A stretch of DNA of 64,000 nucleotides from Chitinophagales bacterium (GTDB lineage: Bacteria; Bacteroidota; Bacteroidia; Chitinophagales; CAIODY01). The notes under the pieces are model-generated. The model searched no databases, had not been told where the DNA came from, and saw only the letters and a list, made by a program, of their open reading frames with translations. The translations under genes were made by a program, and so were the position numbers. Shown piece after piece: positions 21,092-31,347 of the stretch (position 1 is its first letter; every line of letters begins with the position of its first letter). The stretch lies in NCBI GenBank assembly GCA_947449695.1, contig CANFST010000003.1, positions 3,248 through 67,247 on the forward strand, written 5' to 3'.

Positions 21092-23644
21092 ATGAATTGC
21101 TTGAAAAAAATCATTGTTCAGTTTTTTACCATTTTATTGTTTTTGTTTTCTTATGCACAACTTTCAACTGCTCAAACCACTTCTGGCGGTGGTGGTGGAA
21201 CAACAAGTGGGGGCGGTGCTGGCTCATTAGATGGATCATTTCCATCAGGAGCGACCACAACGACCTCTGGGCCAATGCAATTAATCAGAGATATGAATGC
21301 GGCACAATCGCAGGGTGGTAATGCTATCAAAAGTGGTTCGACAAGCATTAACGCTAATGCTGTTCAAAATAACAACCAACAGGCTACACAATCGGATGAT
21401 GTTGAATTTCAGCGCAGATTAAATGAATTCAGACAAGCAGGTGTATCGGAAGAAGAGATTCAAAAATATATTAATCAGCAACGTTCAAGAAGTCAGAATT
21501 TTGGTGATGTAATGAAAATAAAAAGAGATGTATCGGAGGAGGAAGCCAAAAAGCAACAAATCAAGGCCCTTCAGGGCTTACCTGATTATTTTGGCAAAAA
21601 TGCGAATGTAAATAATGATGTATATGGCGGAACTATTTTCAGTAAAACATCTTTAGTATTTACCCCCGTTGAAAATCCAGTGCCACCAGATGATTACCGA
21701 ATTGGCCCGGGCGATGTGCTTAATGTAACTATTTGGGGACAAGCTGAATTTCAAAATTCATATCCTGTAAATAAAGATGGCTCCATATTTCCATCCAACA
21801 TCGGGAAGATATTTTTGAAAGGCGTAACTTATAAAAATGCCCGTGAGATTATTACAGGAAAGTTTGCAGCTGTTACACCTGCAGGAAGCAATATTGAAGT
21901 TACAATCAGCAGTGTAAGAACAATTCGCGTAAACGTAATTGGTGAAGTAAATCAACCAGGGGCTTACTCTATGTCTGCCTTAAATACAGCTTTTAATGCA
22001 TTATACTTAGCAGGGGGGCCTAATAAGTTAGGTTCGCTTCGTGAAATTACAGTTAAAAGAAATGGAAAGGTTGTGGATACACTTGACGTTTATAAGTATT
22101 TGCAAAAAGGAGATACTCATGACGATATTTATTTGGAAAACAATGACTTTTTGTTTGTAAATGTTTATAAAAAACAAATTGATATTGCTGGTGAAATTAA
22201 ACGACCGTTAATTTATCAACTTAAAGACAATGAATCATTAAAAGAATTAATTGAGTTGGCTGGTGGAATAAAATTTAACGCTAGATTAGCCAATATTCAG
22301 GTATACAGAACTGAAAATGAAAAAATGAAAATATTGGATTGGAACGCCTACGAAATTATGAGTGGCGCAAGAAAAGTTGACTTGCTTGATGGAGATAGGG
22401 TTTTTATCAGAGGCATCAATGATGAAATCACTAACAAAGCTCAAATAATTGGTGAGGTTGCCTACCCAGGTGTTTACGAATTGAAAGCTGGGCAAAAAAT
22501 TGCAGATCTGATTACAAAAGCTGGTGGTATTAAAGGTGAAGCCTATCTGCAGAGAGCTTACATTATTCGAATTGCTCCAAACTTCGAAATTCAATACATC
22601 CCAATTAATTTAGGAGCTGTTGTGAAAAAAGATGATTCGGCACTTTATGAGCAAAACAATTTTGAAATAAAACAATTTGATGCCTTAAAAATTTATAGTG
22701 TTGCTGATTTTCAAGACATCCCATTTGTTACTGTTACAGGTTTAGTAAGACAACCTGGCAATTATATTTTATCTGGTAAGCGAACTTTGAAAGATTTATT
22801 ATATATTAGTGGTGGGATGAAAGGTGAGGCAGAATATAACCAAGTGGAAATATCAAGCATTGTAAGTATTGAGGATGCTAAGCGAAGAAATATTCCAATC
22901 AAAACAGTCATTCGTCAATATTCTATTGACCCAATATTAGAAAATGATACAGTAGCAGAAAAGATTGAACTTCGCCCTTATGACCAAGTCTTTGTAAGAA
23001 AAAACCCTGACTTCAGTTACCAAAAAAACGTATCCATTTTAGGGAAAATTAAATACCCAGGGTATTACAGCTTAAAAGAAGATAAAGAACGTATATCTTC
23101 TGTAATTCGTCGTGCTGGTGGATTATTACCTACAGCCAATGTAAAAGGTGCTACTTTTAAAAGAGCTACAATTGGTGCAGTAATTTTGATTGATTTAGCA
23201 ACTGCAATCAAACGACCAGGCTCAAAATATGATATCATCTTAAATGAAAGTGATGAACTAACCATTCCTGAATTGGACGAAGTAGTAAAAATAACGGGTG
23301 ATGTTCAAGTGCCTGTTAATGTCTTTTATGACAGAGATAAAGTTGACTATAAATACTATATCGATTTAGCTGGTGGATTCGGAGATCGTCCTTGGAAAAG
23401 AAAGTGTACTGTTAAATACGCAAATGGTATTGTGAAAAAAGCTCACAACTATTTATTTTTCACGACCTATCCTAAAGTAGATTATGGTTGTACATTGAAT
23501 GTGCCACAACGACCAGAAAAAAATGCTCTAAGAACAGTTGCATCAATTCCGGTTGCAGTATTACAGGCAAGTGCATACACCTTCACCAATTTGTCAGGTT
23601 TATTGTTGATTTATTTGTCATACACCAAATTATTAAAAAATTGA
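21092..23644 (+). CDS. Polysaccharide export protein (Wza-like, multi-SLBB) with a low-complexity N-terminus
   Basis: It has a signal peptide and a Gly/Thr-rich stretch TSGGGGGTTSGGGAGS. The Poly_export motif is YRIGPGDVLNVTIWGQ. SLBB-type motifs repeat: GEVNQPGAY, GEIKRPLIY, GEVAYPGVY, GLVRQPGNY, GKIKYPGYY. Confidence 0.8.
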   Translation: MNCLKKIIVQFFTILLFLFSYAQLSTAQTTSGGGGGTTSGGGAGSLDGSFPSGATTTTSGPMQLIRDMNAAQSQGGNAIKSGSTSINANAVQNNNQQATQSDDVEFQRRLNEFRQAGVSEEEIQKYINQQRSRSQNFGDVMKIKRDVSEEEAKKQQIKALQGLPDYFGKNANVNNDVYGGTIFSKTSLVFTPVENPVPPDDYRIGPGDVLNVTIWGQAEFQNSYPVNKDGSIFPSNIGKIFLKGVTYKNAREIITGKFAAVTPAGSNIEVTISSVRTIRVNVIGEVNQPGAYSMSALNTAFNALYLAGGPNKLGSLREITVKRNGKVVDTLDVYKYLQKGDTHDDIYLENNDFLFVNVYKKQIDIAGEIKRPLIYQLKDNESLKELIELAGGIKFNARLANIQVYRTENEKMKILDWNAYEIMSGARKVDLLDGDRVFIRGINDEITNKAQIIGEVAYPGVYELKAGQKIADLITKAGGIKGEAYLQRAYIIRIAPNFEIQYIPINLGAVVKKDDSALYEQNNFEIKQFDALKIYSVADFQDIPFVTVTGLVRQPGNYILSGKRTLKDLLYISGGMKGEAEYNQVEISSIVSIEDAKRRNIPIKTVIRQYSIDPILENDTVAEKIELRPYDQVFVRKNPDFSYQKNVSILGKIKYPGYYSLKEDKERISSVIRRAGGLLPTANVKGATFKRATIGAVILIDLATAIKRPGSKYDIILNESDELTIPELDEVVKITGDVQVPVNVFYDRDKVDYKYYIDLAGGFGDRPWKRKCTVKYANGIVKKAHNYLFFTTYPKVDYGCTLNVPQRPEKNALRTVASIPVAVLQASAYTFTNLSGLLLIYLSYTKLLKN

Positions 23645-23648
23645 TACT

Positions 23649-24656
23649 ATGGCAAAGGTTAACTATAGCGAAAAATTACAAGAAGCAACTGATTCAATTA
23701 AAAATAAGTTTGTTTGGATAATTACAATTTCAATTGTTCTAAGTGTTTTAACTGGAATATATAAAAATTTGACTCCAATCAAATACACTGCTAAATCAAT
23801 TTTCTATCCAGATAAAAAAGAAGCTACATTAACAGGCAGTCCTTTAGAGTTGATTCAAGGTGATATTGCTCAAAAAGCTGGTGCATTAGGAATTTTATCG
23901 AAAGTAGTGGTGAGTAGAACGGTGAGTAAAAGAATTGCTTCTGCAAAACTACCTTCTCCTTACAATTCTCAATACAAATCATTGGCTGAATGGATAATAG
24001 CAGATAACAATAAGCAATTTTTGCCGTGGCAGCAAAAAGCAGATTTAAAAACCCTAAAGCCTGAACAAAAAATTTCGAAAGCATCCACCATATTAAGAAA
24101 TGGTTGCGTATCCATTATCGACGAAAATGGATTTATGAGTTTGGTAAATTTTGCCTTCGATAAAGATTTGGCACTTACCGAGAATCAAATTATTATTGAC
24201 GAATTGATTAAATTCAATTTTGAAGTAAATACGCTAAAGGTAAAACAGGATTTAGATTACATTACCCACAGAACAGATTCAATCCGTGATATTTACGAAA
24301 ATTTAAAATATCAGAATGCTCAATTTAATGATGTAAATAAATACATGATTAAATCAGTGGTTAAGGTTCCTCAAGAAGATTTAGAAGAAAACAAAAAAAT
24401 AATTGCTGCAAGATATTCCAGGCTTTTAGAAATGCAAGACCAAGCATTAGTGAGATATCAAAGCGACAAGCCGATCATTAAAATTTTAGATTTACCATAT
24501 CTTGATGGAGAAACTTCACCACCAGTTTTTATCACAGCGTTTATCGTTTTTGTTGCTACGCTATTCGCATCTTTAATATTTGTTTGCAGAAAAATAATTA
24601 TTAATATTATTAGAGATGAGATTGAAGGTGGTAAAATTATTTCAACAAATTCTTAA
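23649..24656 (+). CDS. Wzz/PCP-like chain-length determinant candidate (no kinase domain)
   Basis: The N-terminal TM helix (FVWIITISIVLSVLTGIY) and C-terminal TM helix (VFITAFIVFVATLFASLIFV) flank a helical segment of about 250 aa. It starts 4 nt after the export gene. Confidence 0.5.
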   Translation: MAKVNYSEKLQEATDSIKNKFVWIITISIVLSVLTGIYKNLTPIKYTAKSIFYPDKKEATLTGSPLELIQGDIAQKAGALGILSKVVVSRTVSKRIASAKLPSPYNSQYKSLAEWIIADNNKQFLPWQQKADLKTLKPEQKISKASTILRNGCVSIIDENGFMSLVNFAFDKDLALTENQIIIDELIKFNFEVNTLKVKQDLDYITHRTDSIRDIYENLKYQNAQFNDVNKYMIKSVVKVPQEDLEENKKIIAARYSRLLEMQDQALVRYQSDKPIIKILDLPYLDGETSPPVFITAFIVFVATLFASLIFVCRKIIINIIRDEIEGGKIISTNS

Positions 24657-24658
24657 TC

Positions 24659-25093
24659 TTAAATTGGTAACTTATTTAACCATTGGTAAGATTTTTTTTC
24701 AAAATCAATTTCGGCAATATGTATTTCAATACCATTGGTAATGAGTAAATATTTTACTTGCAATTGCATATTATAATTAGCTGCTTGATTCATCACTGCT
24801 TGTGTTAGTTTTATTTGTGGGGCTTTGCATTCAGCTAATAGAAATGGTTTCAGATTTTCATCATAAACCAAAACATCAAATCGTTTTTTCAAACCATTCA
24901 ATTTAATTTCTTTTTCGATGGCAATTTTTCCTGTCGAAATTTTTTGTTCATGAATTAGATATTGAACCAAATGTTGCCTCACTAATTCTTCGGGTGTAAT
25001 GGAAACATATTTTTTTCTTATGGCATCCCACAATTCTTTTTTGCCATTATTTAATCTTGTTTTAAACTCGTAAGGTTGAAATTGAATTTGCAT
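24659..25093 (-). CDS. HsdR-N-terminal-like small PD-(D/E)xK nuclease-fold protein
   Basis: This 144-aa protein contains FDVLVYDENLKPFLLAECKAP, which fits D...ExK. Confidence 0.6.
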   Translation of the reverse strand: MQIQFQPYEFKTRLNNGKKELWDAIRKKYVSITPEELVRQHLVQYLIHEQKISTGKIAIEKEIKLNGLKKRFDVLVYDENLKPFLLAECKAPQIKLTQAVMNQAANYNMQLQVKYLLITNGIEIHIAEIDFEKKSYQWLNKLPI

Positions 25094-25154
25094 GTTGTAT
25101 TTTTACCCGTCGCAATGTTCGTGAAAAATCATTAACCACTCAACATTTTTTAAC

Positions 25155-25925
25155 ATGAAAACAAAAGAAGAAATTGTAAACAATTGGTTACCTCGGTACA
25201 CAGGTATGCCATTAGAAGAATTCAGCCAATATATTTTGCTTACCAATTTCACCAACTATATTGAATTGTTTGCTGAACTAACAGGTGCAAAAATTTATGG
25301 TGTAGGCAAAGCTATGCAAGCCGCTACTAGCGAAGGAATCACGATGATTAATTTCGGAATGGGTAGTGCGAATGCAGCCACAGTGATTGATTTAATAAGT
25401 GCTGTAAGACCAAAAGCTGTAATGTTTTTAGGCAAATGTGGTGGCTTACGCAAAGGACCAGGCGTTGGTGGTTGGATATTGCCCATTGCAGCCATTAGAG
25501 GCGAAGGGACATCAAACGATTATTTGCCACCCGAAGTGCCAGCATTGCCTTCGTTTGCTTTGCAAAAAGCTATTTCTACCACCATCAGAGATTTTGAGCA
25601 AGATTATTGGACGGGCACAGTTTACACAACCAATCGCCGAGTGTGGGAGTGGGATGAAAAATTCAAACAATATTTAACAGATATTCGTTGCAGAGCAATT
25701 GATATGGAAACCGCAACCGTTTTTACAGTTGCATTCGCTAATAAAATACCAAGCGGTGCATTACTTTTAATCAGCGACCAACCGATGACGCCCGAAGGCG
25801 TAAAGACCGAAGCCAGCGATAATGCTGTAACTACTAACTATGTTGAGATGCACGTTAAAATTGGAATTGGCTCATTGAAGCAATTAATTAATAATGGCTA
25901 CACAGTAAAACATTTACGATTTTAA
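25155..25925 (+). CDS. amn: Short-form AMP nucleosidase / PNP_UDP_1 family nucleosidase
   Basis: WLPRYTG, FGMGSANAAT, FLGKCGG and IDMETATVF are present. The stop overlaps the holA start (TAATG at 25923-25927). Confidence 0.7.
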   Translation: MKTKEEIVNNWLPRYTGMPLEEFSQYILLTNFTNYIELFAELTGAKIYGVGKAMQAATSEGITMINFGMGSANAATVIDLISAVRPKAVMFLGKCGGLRKGPGVGGWILPIAAIRGEGTSNDYLPPEVPALPSFALQKAISTTIRDFEQDYWTGTVYTTNRRVWEWDEKFKQYLTDIRCRAIDMETATVFTVAFANKIPSGALLLISDQPMTPEGVKTEASDNAVTTNYVEMHVKIGIGSLKQLINNGYTVKHLRF

Positions 25926-26950
25926 TGACCCAGAAATTTGAAGAAATATTATCGGATCTCAAACAAAAAAAATTCAAGCCTGTTTATTTTTTAGAAGGTG
26001 AAGAAGCTTTTTACATTGATGCTATCAGTGATTTTATTGAAAACAATTCATTGAGCGATGCTGAAAAAAGCTTCAATCAATCAGTTTTATACGGCAAAGA
26101 TTCTAATTGGAAACAAGTGTTAGATACTGCCATGCGCTTCCCGATGATGAGCAATTTTCAAGTAGTGATTTTAAAAGAAGCTGCTGACTTAAAAGATTTC
26201 GATAACCTGAATCAATACTTCGAAAAGCCTTTGCCATCAACCATTTTCGTGGTTTGTTACAAACATAAAGAATTAGACAAGCGAAAAACGTTAGGCAAAC
26301 TAATCAGCAAGAGTGAAAATATTATTCACTTAAAAGCTGAAGCAATAAAAGAATGGGATGTAGAAAACTGGATGAAAAATTATGTGCATCAGCAAGGTTA
26401 TAAAATACGTACTGAAACAACTACTTTGTTGAAAGAATATTTAGGCACTGATTTATCAAAAATTGCCAACGAACTTTCAAAGCTTTTTTTGAATTGCGAT
26501 AAGCATCAAGAAATTGGCAATGATTCAGTTGAGAAATTTATTGGCATCAGCAAAGATTACAACGTGTATGAATTGCAAAAATCATTGGGCACAAAAAATT
26601 TTCAGCAAGCTTTTAAATTTGTTCAATATTCCATTGCAAATGACAAAGCAAACCCAATGGTGATGGTGGTTGCATCGCTGTATGGTTATTTTTCTAAAAT
26701 ACTAATTTATCAAAATTGCCAAGGCATGAGTGAAGGCGATACGGCTAAAGCAATTGGAATTTTTTCTCAATACCCCACAAAAATTTTAGCCGATTACAAA
26801 ATAGCATCGCATAATTATTCTTCAGCTAAAATCAAAAGAGTATTTGGCATTTTACATGAATACGATTTAAAATCGAAAGGAGTAAACACCTCTGACAGCG
26901 ATAAAGGTGGCTTGATGAAAGAAATGATTGGTAAGTTGATGAATATGTAA
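25925..26950 (+). CDS. holA: DNA polymerase III delta subunit
   Basis: The protein is 341 aa. The N-terminus PVYFLEGEEAFYID and the overall helical C-terminal half are typical of HolA. Confidence 0.8.
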   Translation: MTQKFEEILSDLKQKKFKPVYFLEGEEAFYIDAISDFIENNSLSDAEKSFNQSVLYGKDSNWKQVLDTAMRFPMMSNFQVVILKEAADLKDFDNLNQYFEKPLPSTIFVVCYKHKELDKRKTLGKLISKSENIIHLKAEAIKEWDVENWMKNYVHQQGYKIRTETTTLLKEYLGTDLSKIANELSKLFLNCDKHQEIGNDSVEKFIGISKDYNVYELQKSLGTKNFQQAFKFVQYSIANDKANPMVMVVASLYGYFSKILIYQNCQGMSEGDTAKAIGIFSQYPTKILADYKIASHNYSSAKIKRVFGILHEYDLKSKGVNTSDSDKGGLMKEMIGKLMNM

Positions 26951-26968
26951 GGATCATTCTAAAAAATT

Positions 26969-27667
26969 ATGAGCAAAAATAAACTCCAGCAATTCGCCGA
27001 TTTAGACACTTTTAAAAATGTGTTGCAATATGGCTTATTGCAAAAAACAAATTTCCCTTTCAAGGGAAAATGGGCAAAGGAATATTTTAAAAATGAAAAC
27101 CCAATTGTGCTGGAACTGGCTTGTGGCAAGGGCGAATACGCTATTGGCTTGGCTGAAATAAATCCGAATAGAAATTATATTGGCGTTGAAATTAAAGGCA
27201 ATAGAATTTGGACAGGCTCGAAAAACGCTACCGACAAAGGTTTGCAACAAGTTGTTTTTTTAAGAACTGAAATTGAATGGCTCGCCGATTTTTTTGCGGA
27301 TGGAGAAGTAAGCGAAATCTGGATTACATTTTGCGACCCGTATCTCTCTACCACCAAGGCTCACAAGCGATTAACCTCACCGCGATTTTTGAATTTGTAT
27401 AAACAAGCTTTGAAAAAAGGCGGAACAATTAATGTGAAAATTGATGATGAAACTTTGTATCAATACACACTGGATGCGTTGGTAGGAAAAGAAACCATCG
27501 AAAAATATCCTTGCGATGTAAATGTATTTGAATTATTAGAGAATAGAAATGATATTTATAATGACGGCAAACCCTTGCCCGAAGCCTTACACATCAAAAC
27601 TTACTACGAAAAAAAACATTTGGAAAAAGGCAAAAAAATTAAGTATATACAATTTAGAAAGCGATAA
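26969..27667 (+). CDS. trmB: tRNA (guanine-N7)-methyltransferase
   Basis: SAM motif I is LELACGKGEY. IGVEIKG and WITFCDP are also present. Confidence 0.85.
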   Translation: MSKNKLQQFADLDTFKNVLQYGLLQKTNFPFKGKWAKEYFKNENPIVLELACGKGEYAIGLAEINPNRNYIGVEIKGNRIWTGSKNATDKGLQQVVFLRTEIEWLADFFADGEVSEIWITFCDPYLSTTKAHKRLTSPRFLNLYKQALKKGGTINVKIDDETLYQYTLDALVGKETIEKYPCDVNVFELLENRNDIYNDGKPLPEALHIKTYYEKKHLEKGKKIKYIQFRKR

Positions 27668-27706
27668 ATTTATTCGTAAACTCACAACAACAAAAGCGAA
27701 TCAATC

Positions 27707-28120
27707 ATGAAAAAAGTACTTTTCCTCTTTGCTGCAATAATTTTTTGCAGCCAATTAAAAGCTCAAAACATCAAAATGTTTCAAACCGATTCATTGAGTA
27801 AAATTGGCGATGACACTACGTTTGAAAATATTTACGTAAAAAAAATTGCTGATGATTCATTAAGTACTTCATCGGTGATTGTGATTAAAAAAGAAGTGAA
27901 GTTGCATTATCACGCTAATCATACTGAAAACATTATCATCATTTCGGGCGAAGCTGAAATGCAAATCAATAGTATGATTGTAACAGTGAAAAAAGGCGAT
28001 ATGATAAACATTCCTGCCAAATCATTACATTCAGTAAAAGTTACTTCAGTAAATCCTTTGAAAGTAATTTCGATTCAATCGCCACATTTTGATGGCAAGG
28101 ATAGAATTTATATGGAGTAA
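27707..28120 (+). CDS. Secreted cupin-domain protein
   Basis: It has a signal peptide and a cupin core (LHYHANHTENIIIISGEAEM...IPAKSLHSV). Confidence 0.6.
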   Translation: MKKVLFLFAAIIFCSQLKAQNIKMFQTDSLSKIGDDTTFENIYVKKIADDSLSTSSVIVIKKEVKLHYHANHTENIIIISGEAEMQINSMIVTVKKGDMINIPAKSLHSVKVTSVNPLKVISIQSPHFDGKDRIYME

Positions 28121-28771
28121 TTAATGTTGCATCTTCTCCCCGAAAGCTAAGTCGCCAGCATCTCCCAGGCCTGGCACAATATATTTATCATCATTCAAAA
28201 TTGGGTCTATGGTGGCTGTCCACAAAGTGCAATTTGGTAAACTTTTTTCTACAAAATCAATTCCGAATTGACTGGCAATGGCGCTCACAATATGAATATG
28301 TTTGGGTTTGCCCATTGCTTCTAACTTCTTTAAAGTAGCTACCATGCTGGCTCCTGTGGCAAGCATCGGGTCGCAAACAATCAACACTCGATTTTCTAAA
28401 GATGGGCAGGCAGTGTATTGCAAATCAATTTCAAAACTTCCATCTGCATGATGTTTTCGATACGCTGAAATAAAAGCATTATCGGCCTTATCAAAATAAT
28501 TCAACAAGCCTTGATACATCGGAACAGCAGCACGCAGAATATTCGCTAACACAGGCTGATCCTGCAACACAGTACAATCTGCAATGGCTAATGGCGTTTG
28601 AATTTTCTCCATTTTATACGCCATTGTTTTACTGATTTCATACGCCATGATTTCACCCAGCCGCTCTAAGTTGCGACGGAAGCGCATTCTATCAGTTTGC
28701 ACGGTTGTATCTCTTAATTCAGCAACGAATTGATGAACCAGCGAATTGTTTTTTGAAAGATTGTGAAGCAT
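28121..28771 (-). CDS. upp: Uracil phosphoribosyltransferase
   Basis: The PRPP loop is LIVCDPMLATGAS and the C-terminus is YIVPGLGDAGD. The start is taken at MLHNLSK (28771); the track start at 28828 adds 19 aa. Confidence 0.9.
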   Translation of the reverse strand: MLHNLSKNNSLVHQFVAELRDTTVQTDRMRFRRNLERLGEIMAYEISKTMAYKMEKIQTPLAIADCTVLQDQPVLANILRAAVPMYQGLLNYFDKADNAFISAYRKHHADGSFEIDLQYTACPSLENRVLIVCDPMLATGASMVATLKKLEAMGKPKHIHIVSAIASQFGIDFVEKSLPNCTLWTATIDPILNDDKYIVPGLGDAGDLAFGEKMQH

Positions 28772-28875
28772 TGATTTTAAATTAAAATTGAGAACTGTAA
28801 AGTTGAAAATAATTTCTTTTCTATTCAATTAAAATTCGCAACATCACGCAACTCCGTTATTTTCGTTGAGTAAAA

Positions 28876-31293
28876 ATGAAAACTTTTTTGTTGCTTCTTT
28901 TGCTTTCGCTTTCTCAAATGGTTTGGGCTGATGACCAGATTAATTTGAAAGCTATTCGTGTGCAACAGGCGCCAAACCTAGATGGAAAGCCCGATGACGA
29001 GTGTTGGAAAAATGCAATGCCCGTTCAACTCAATTATCAATTTGAGCCACGACCAGGAAATTTGCCCACCGAAAACACGGAAGTAAAAATGGTGTATGAC
29101 AACAATGCCATTTACTTTTTGGCGATTTGTTACGATAAACATCTAGATAGTGTTCAGCACATTCTCACCAATCGTGGAACTGTTTGGGGAAATACTGAAA
29201 ACATTTATTTTTTCTTAGATACTTATCATGATGGGCAAAACGCTTATGGGTTCGGCGTTTCCATTGATAATGTGCAAGATGATTTTAAAGCTACGGATGG
29301 TGGTAGTGATGTAGATGATAGCTGGGATGCGGTATGGGAAAGTAAAACATGTTTGCTAAAAGATGGTTGGTGTGCTGAAATAAAAATTCCGTATTCAGCT
29401 ATTCGCTTTCCAAAAAATGAAATACAAAATTGGGCTTGCGATTTTTCAAGAGAGATTCGGCGCAAAAAAGAAATTGCAAGTTGGTGTACTACGCCGCCCA
29501 CCACATCAGCGTTTGTGCCTTACATGCGAAAAGTAGAAGGCGTTGAAAAAATAAATCCACCACTTCGATTGTCACTTTCGCCATATGCATCTTCATATTT
29601 TTTATCGCAAGGAAATCATACTGGTCAAGCATTCCGAGTTGGTGCCGATTTGAAATATGGCATTAGTGAAAGTTTTACTTTGGATATGACTTTGATTCCT
29701 GACTTCGGCCAAATAGCATCAGACCAAGTAGTGAAAAATCTTTCGCCGTATGAAGTTCAGTATGAAGAACGTCGTCCGTTTTTTTTAGAAGGTGCTGATT
29801 TATTTTCAAAAAATGATTTGTTTTATTCACGAAGAGTGGGCGATTTAACCGACTACAATACTTATCGGAAAAGAGATACAGGCTATGTTGCCAACAATCC
29901 ACCATCGCAAACACAGTTAATTAATGCTGTAAAAATCAGCGGTAAAACAAAGGATAATTTGTCTGTTGGTCTGTTTAATGCAGTTACAAACAATTTGATG
30001 GTGGATGCCACTGATGGCAACAACCACTCGAAAAAAATATTGTACGAACCACTCACCAATTTCAATATTTTGGTATTGGATAAAACGCTGAAAAACAATT
30101 CCCACTTGGGTTTCATCAATACCAATGTTACCCGAACAGTGCAAGGCAACGATGCCAATGTGAGTGGAATTGATGCGAAAGTTTTGAACAAAAAAAATAG
30201 TTACGCTTTTGTTTTTCAAGAAAACATTAGCAACATTTTTTTGAAAAACAGTACTGATTTCAGCACAGCAAAATCTGTAACTGGCAATAGAACAGTTAGC
30301 AGCATTTCAAAAATTACAGGCATGTGGCAATGGGCTTACAACATTGATGCAACAAGCAATTCGTATAATTCAAACGATTTGGGTTATTTGGCAAAAAACA
30401 ATTACATCCATCACAATTTGAATTTGCGACAATACATTACTAAACCTTTTTGGAAATTTCTAAATATGAATAATTCCATCAATTTCGACCAAGAAAATTT
30501 GTTTGATAAAAATCAATATGCCTCCACACAAATCACCGAGCGTACAAAGGTGGATTGGAAAAATTATCTCACAATGGTTACTTATTTCTGGCTGAAACCC
30601 TTTGTATCAAAGGATTATTACGAACCACGAGTGGAAGGTTGGTTTTATAATATCCCAAAAGTGTATCAAACAGGAATTTATTTTTCATCTGATTATCGCA
30701 AAACTTTAGCGATTGATGCAGGCTCCAACTTTCGATGGTTAGATGAAAAAAACAGAAACCGAATTGATTTTTATTTTTCACCCCGACTGAAATTGAGCAA
30801 AAAGTTTTTGTTGATTTATGCTTACAGCTATGCGCTTGCAAATAATCAACGTGGTTGGGTTGCAAACGATGCTACGAATATCAATTTTGGAAAAAGAGAT
30901 GTGAAAGAAATCAGCAACAATTTGAACTTGAGTTATGTGTTTACCAACCGCATTTCGTTTTCGTTAAATGCTCGTCATTACTGGAGTGGCGGCAGATACA
31001 GCCAATATTATTTGTTGCAAAAAGATGGCTCGATGCAAAATATTTCTGATGATTTGGGAAAAGATTTTGATTTCAATGCTTGGACTTTGGATGCAGTATT
31101 TTCTTGGCAATTCGGACCTGGAAGTTTTTTAACATTGGCTTGGAAAAACTTGGTGTATAAAGATGATGCAGTATTACCATTTAACTACATTGATAATTTC
31201 AATTCCACTTTTCAGGAGCCGCTTGCCAATTCATTTTCAATGAAGGTGTTGTATTATCTGGATGCAAATAAATTGCGCCGTAACAAAAATTAA
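28876..31293 (+). CDS. Outer-membrane-type protein with an N-terminal CBM9-like carbohydrate-binding domain (DUF5916-like)
   Basis: It has a signal peptide. The N-terminus is IRVQQAPNLDGKPDDECW...YDNNAIYF. A long beta-rich C-terminal part ends in an aromatic-rich segment. Confidence 0.6.
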   Translation: MKTFLLLLLLSLSQMVWADDQINLKAIRVQQAPNLDGKPDDECWKNAMPVQLNYQFEPRPGNLPTENTEVKMVYDNNAIYFLAICYDKHLDSVQHILTNRGTVWGNTENIYFFLDTYHDGQNAYGFGVSIDNVQDDFKATDGGSDVDDSWDAVWESKTCLLKDGWCAEIKIPYSAIRFPKNEIQNWACDFSREIRRKKEIASWCTTPPTTSAFVPYMRKVEGVEKINPPLRLSLSPYASSYFLSQGNHTGQAFRVGADLKYGISESFTLDMTLIPDFGQIASDQVVKNLSPYEVQYEERRPFFLEGADLFSKNDLFYSRRVGDLTDYNTYRKRDTGYVANNPPSQTQLINAVKISGKTKDNLSVGLFNAVTNNLMVDATDGNNHSKKILYEPLTNFNILVLDKTLKNNSHLGFINTNVTRTVQGNDANVSGIDAKVLNKKNSYAFVFQENISNIFLKNSTDFSTAKSVTGNRTVSSISKITGMWQWAYNIDATSNSYNSNDLGYLAKNNYIHHNLNLRQYITKPFWKFLNMNNSINFDQENLFDKNQYASTQITERTKVDWKNYLTMVTYFWLKPFVSKDYYEPRVEGWFYNIPKVYQTGIYFSSDYRKTLAIDAGSNFRWLDEKNRNRIDFYFSPRLKLSKKFLLIYAYSYALANNQRGWVANDATNINFGKRDVKEISNNLNLSYVFTNRISFSLNARHYWSGGRYSQYYLLQKDGSMQNISDDLGKDFDFNAWTLDAVFSWQFGPGSFLTLAWKNLVYKDDAVLPFNYIDNFNSTFQEPLANSFSMKVLYYLDANKLRRNKN

Positions 31294-31347
31294 ACATCAA
31301 ATTCTGCTTGCAAAAAACTATTTTTGCGTTCCAAAAAAATAAACAAA

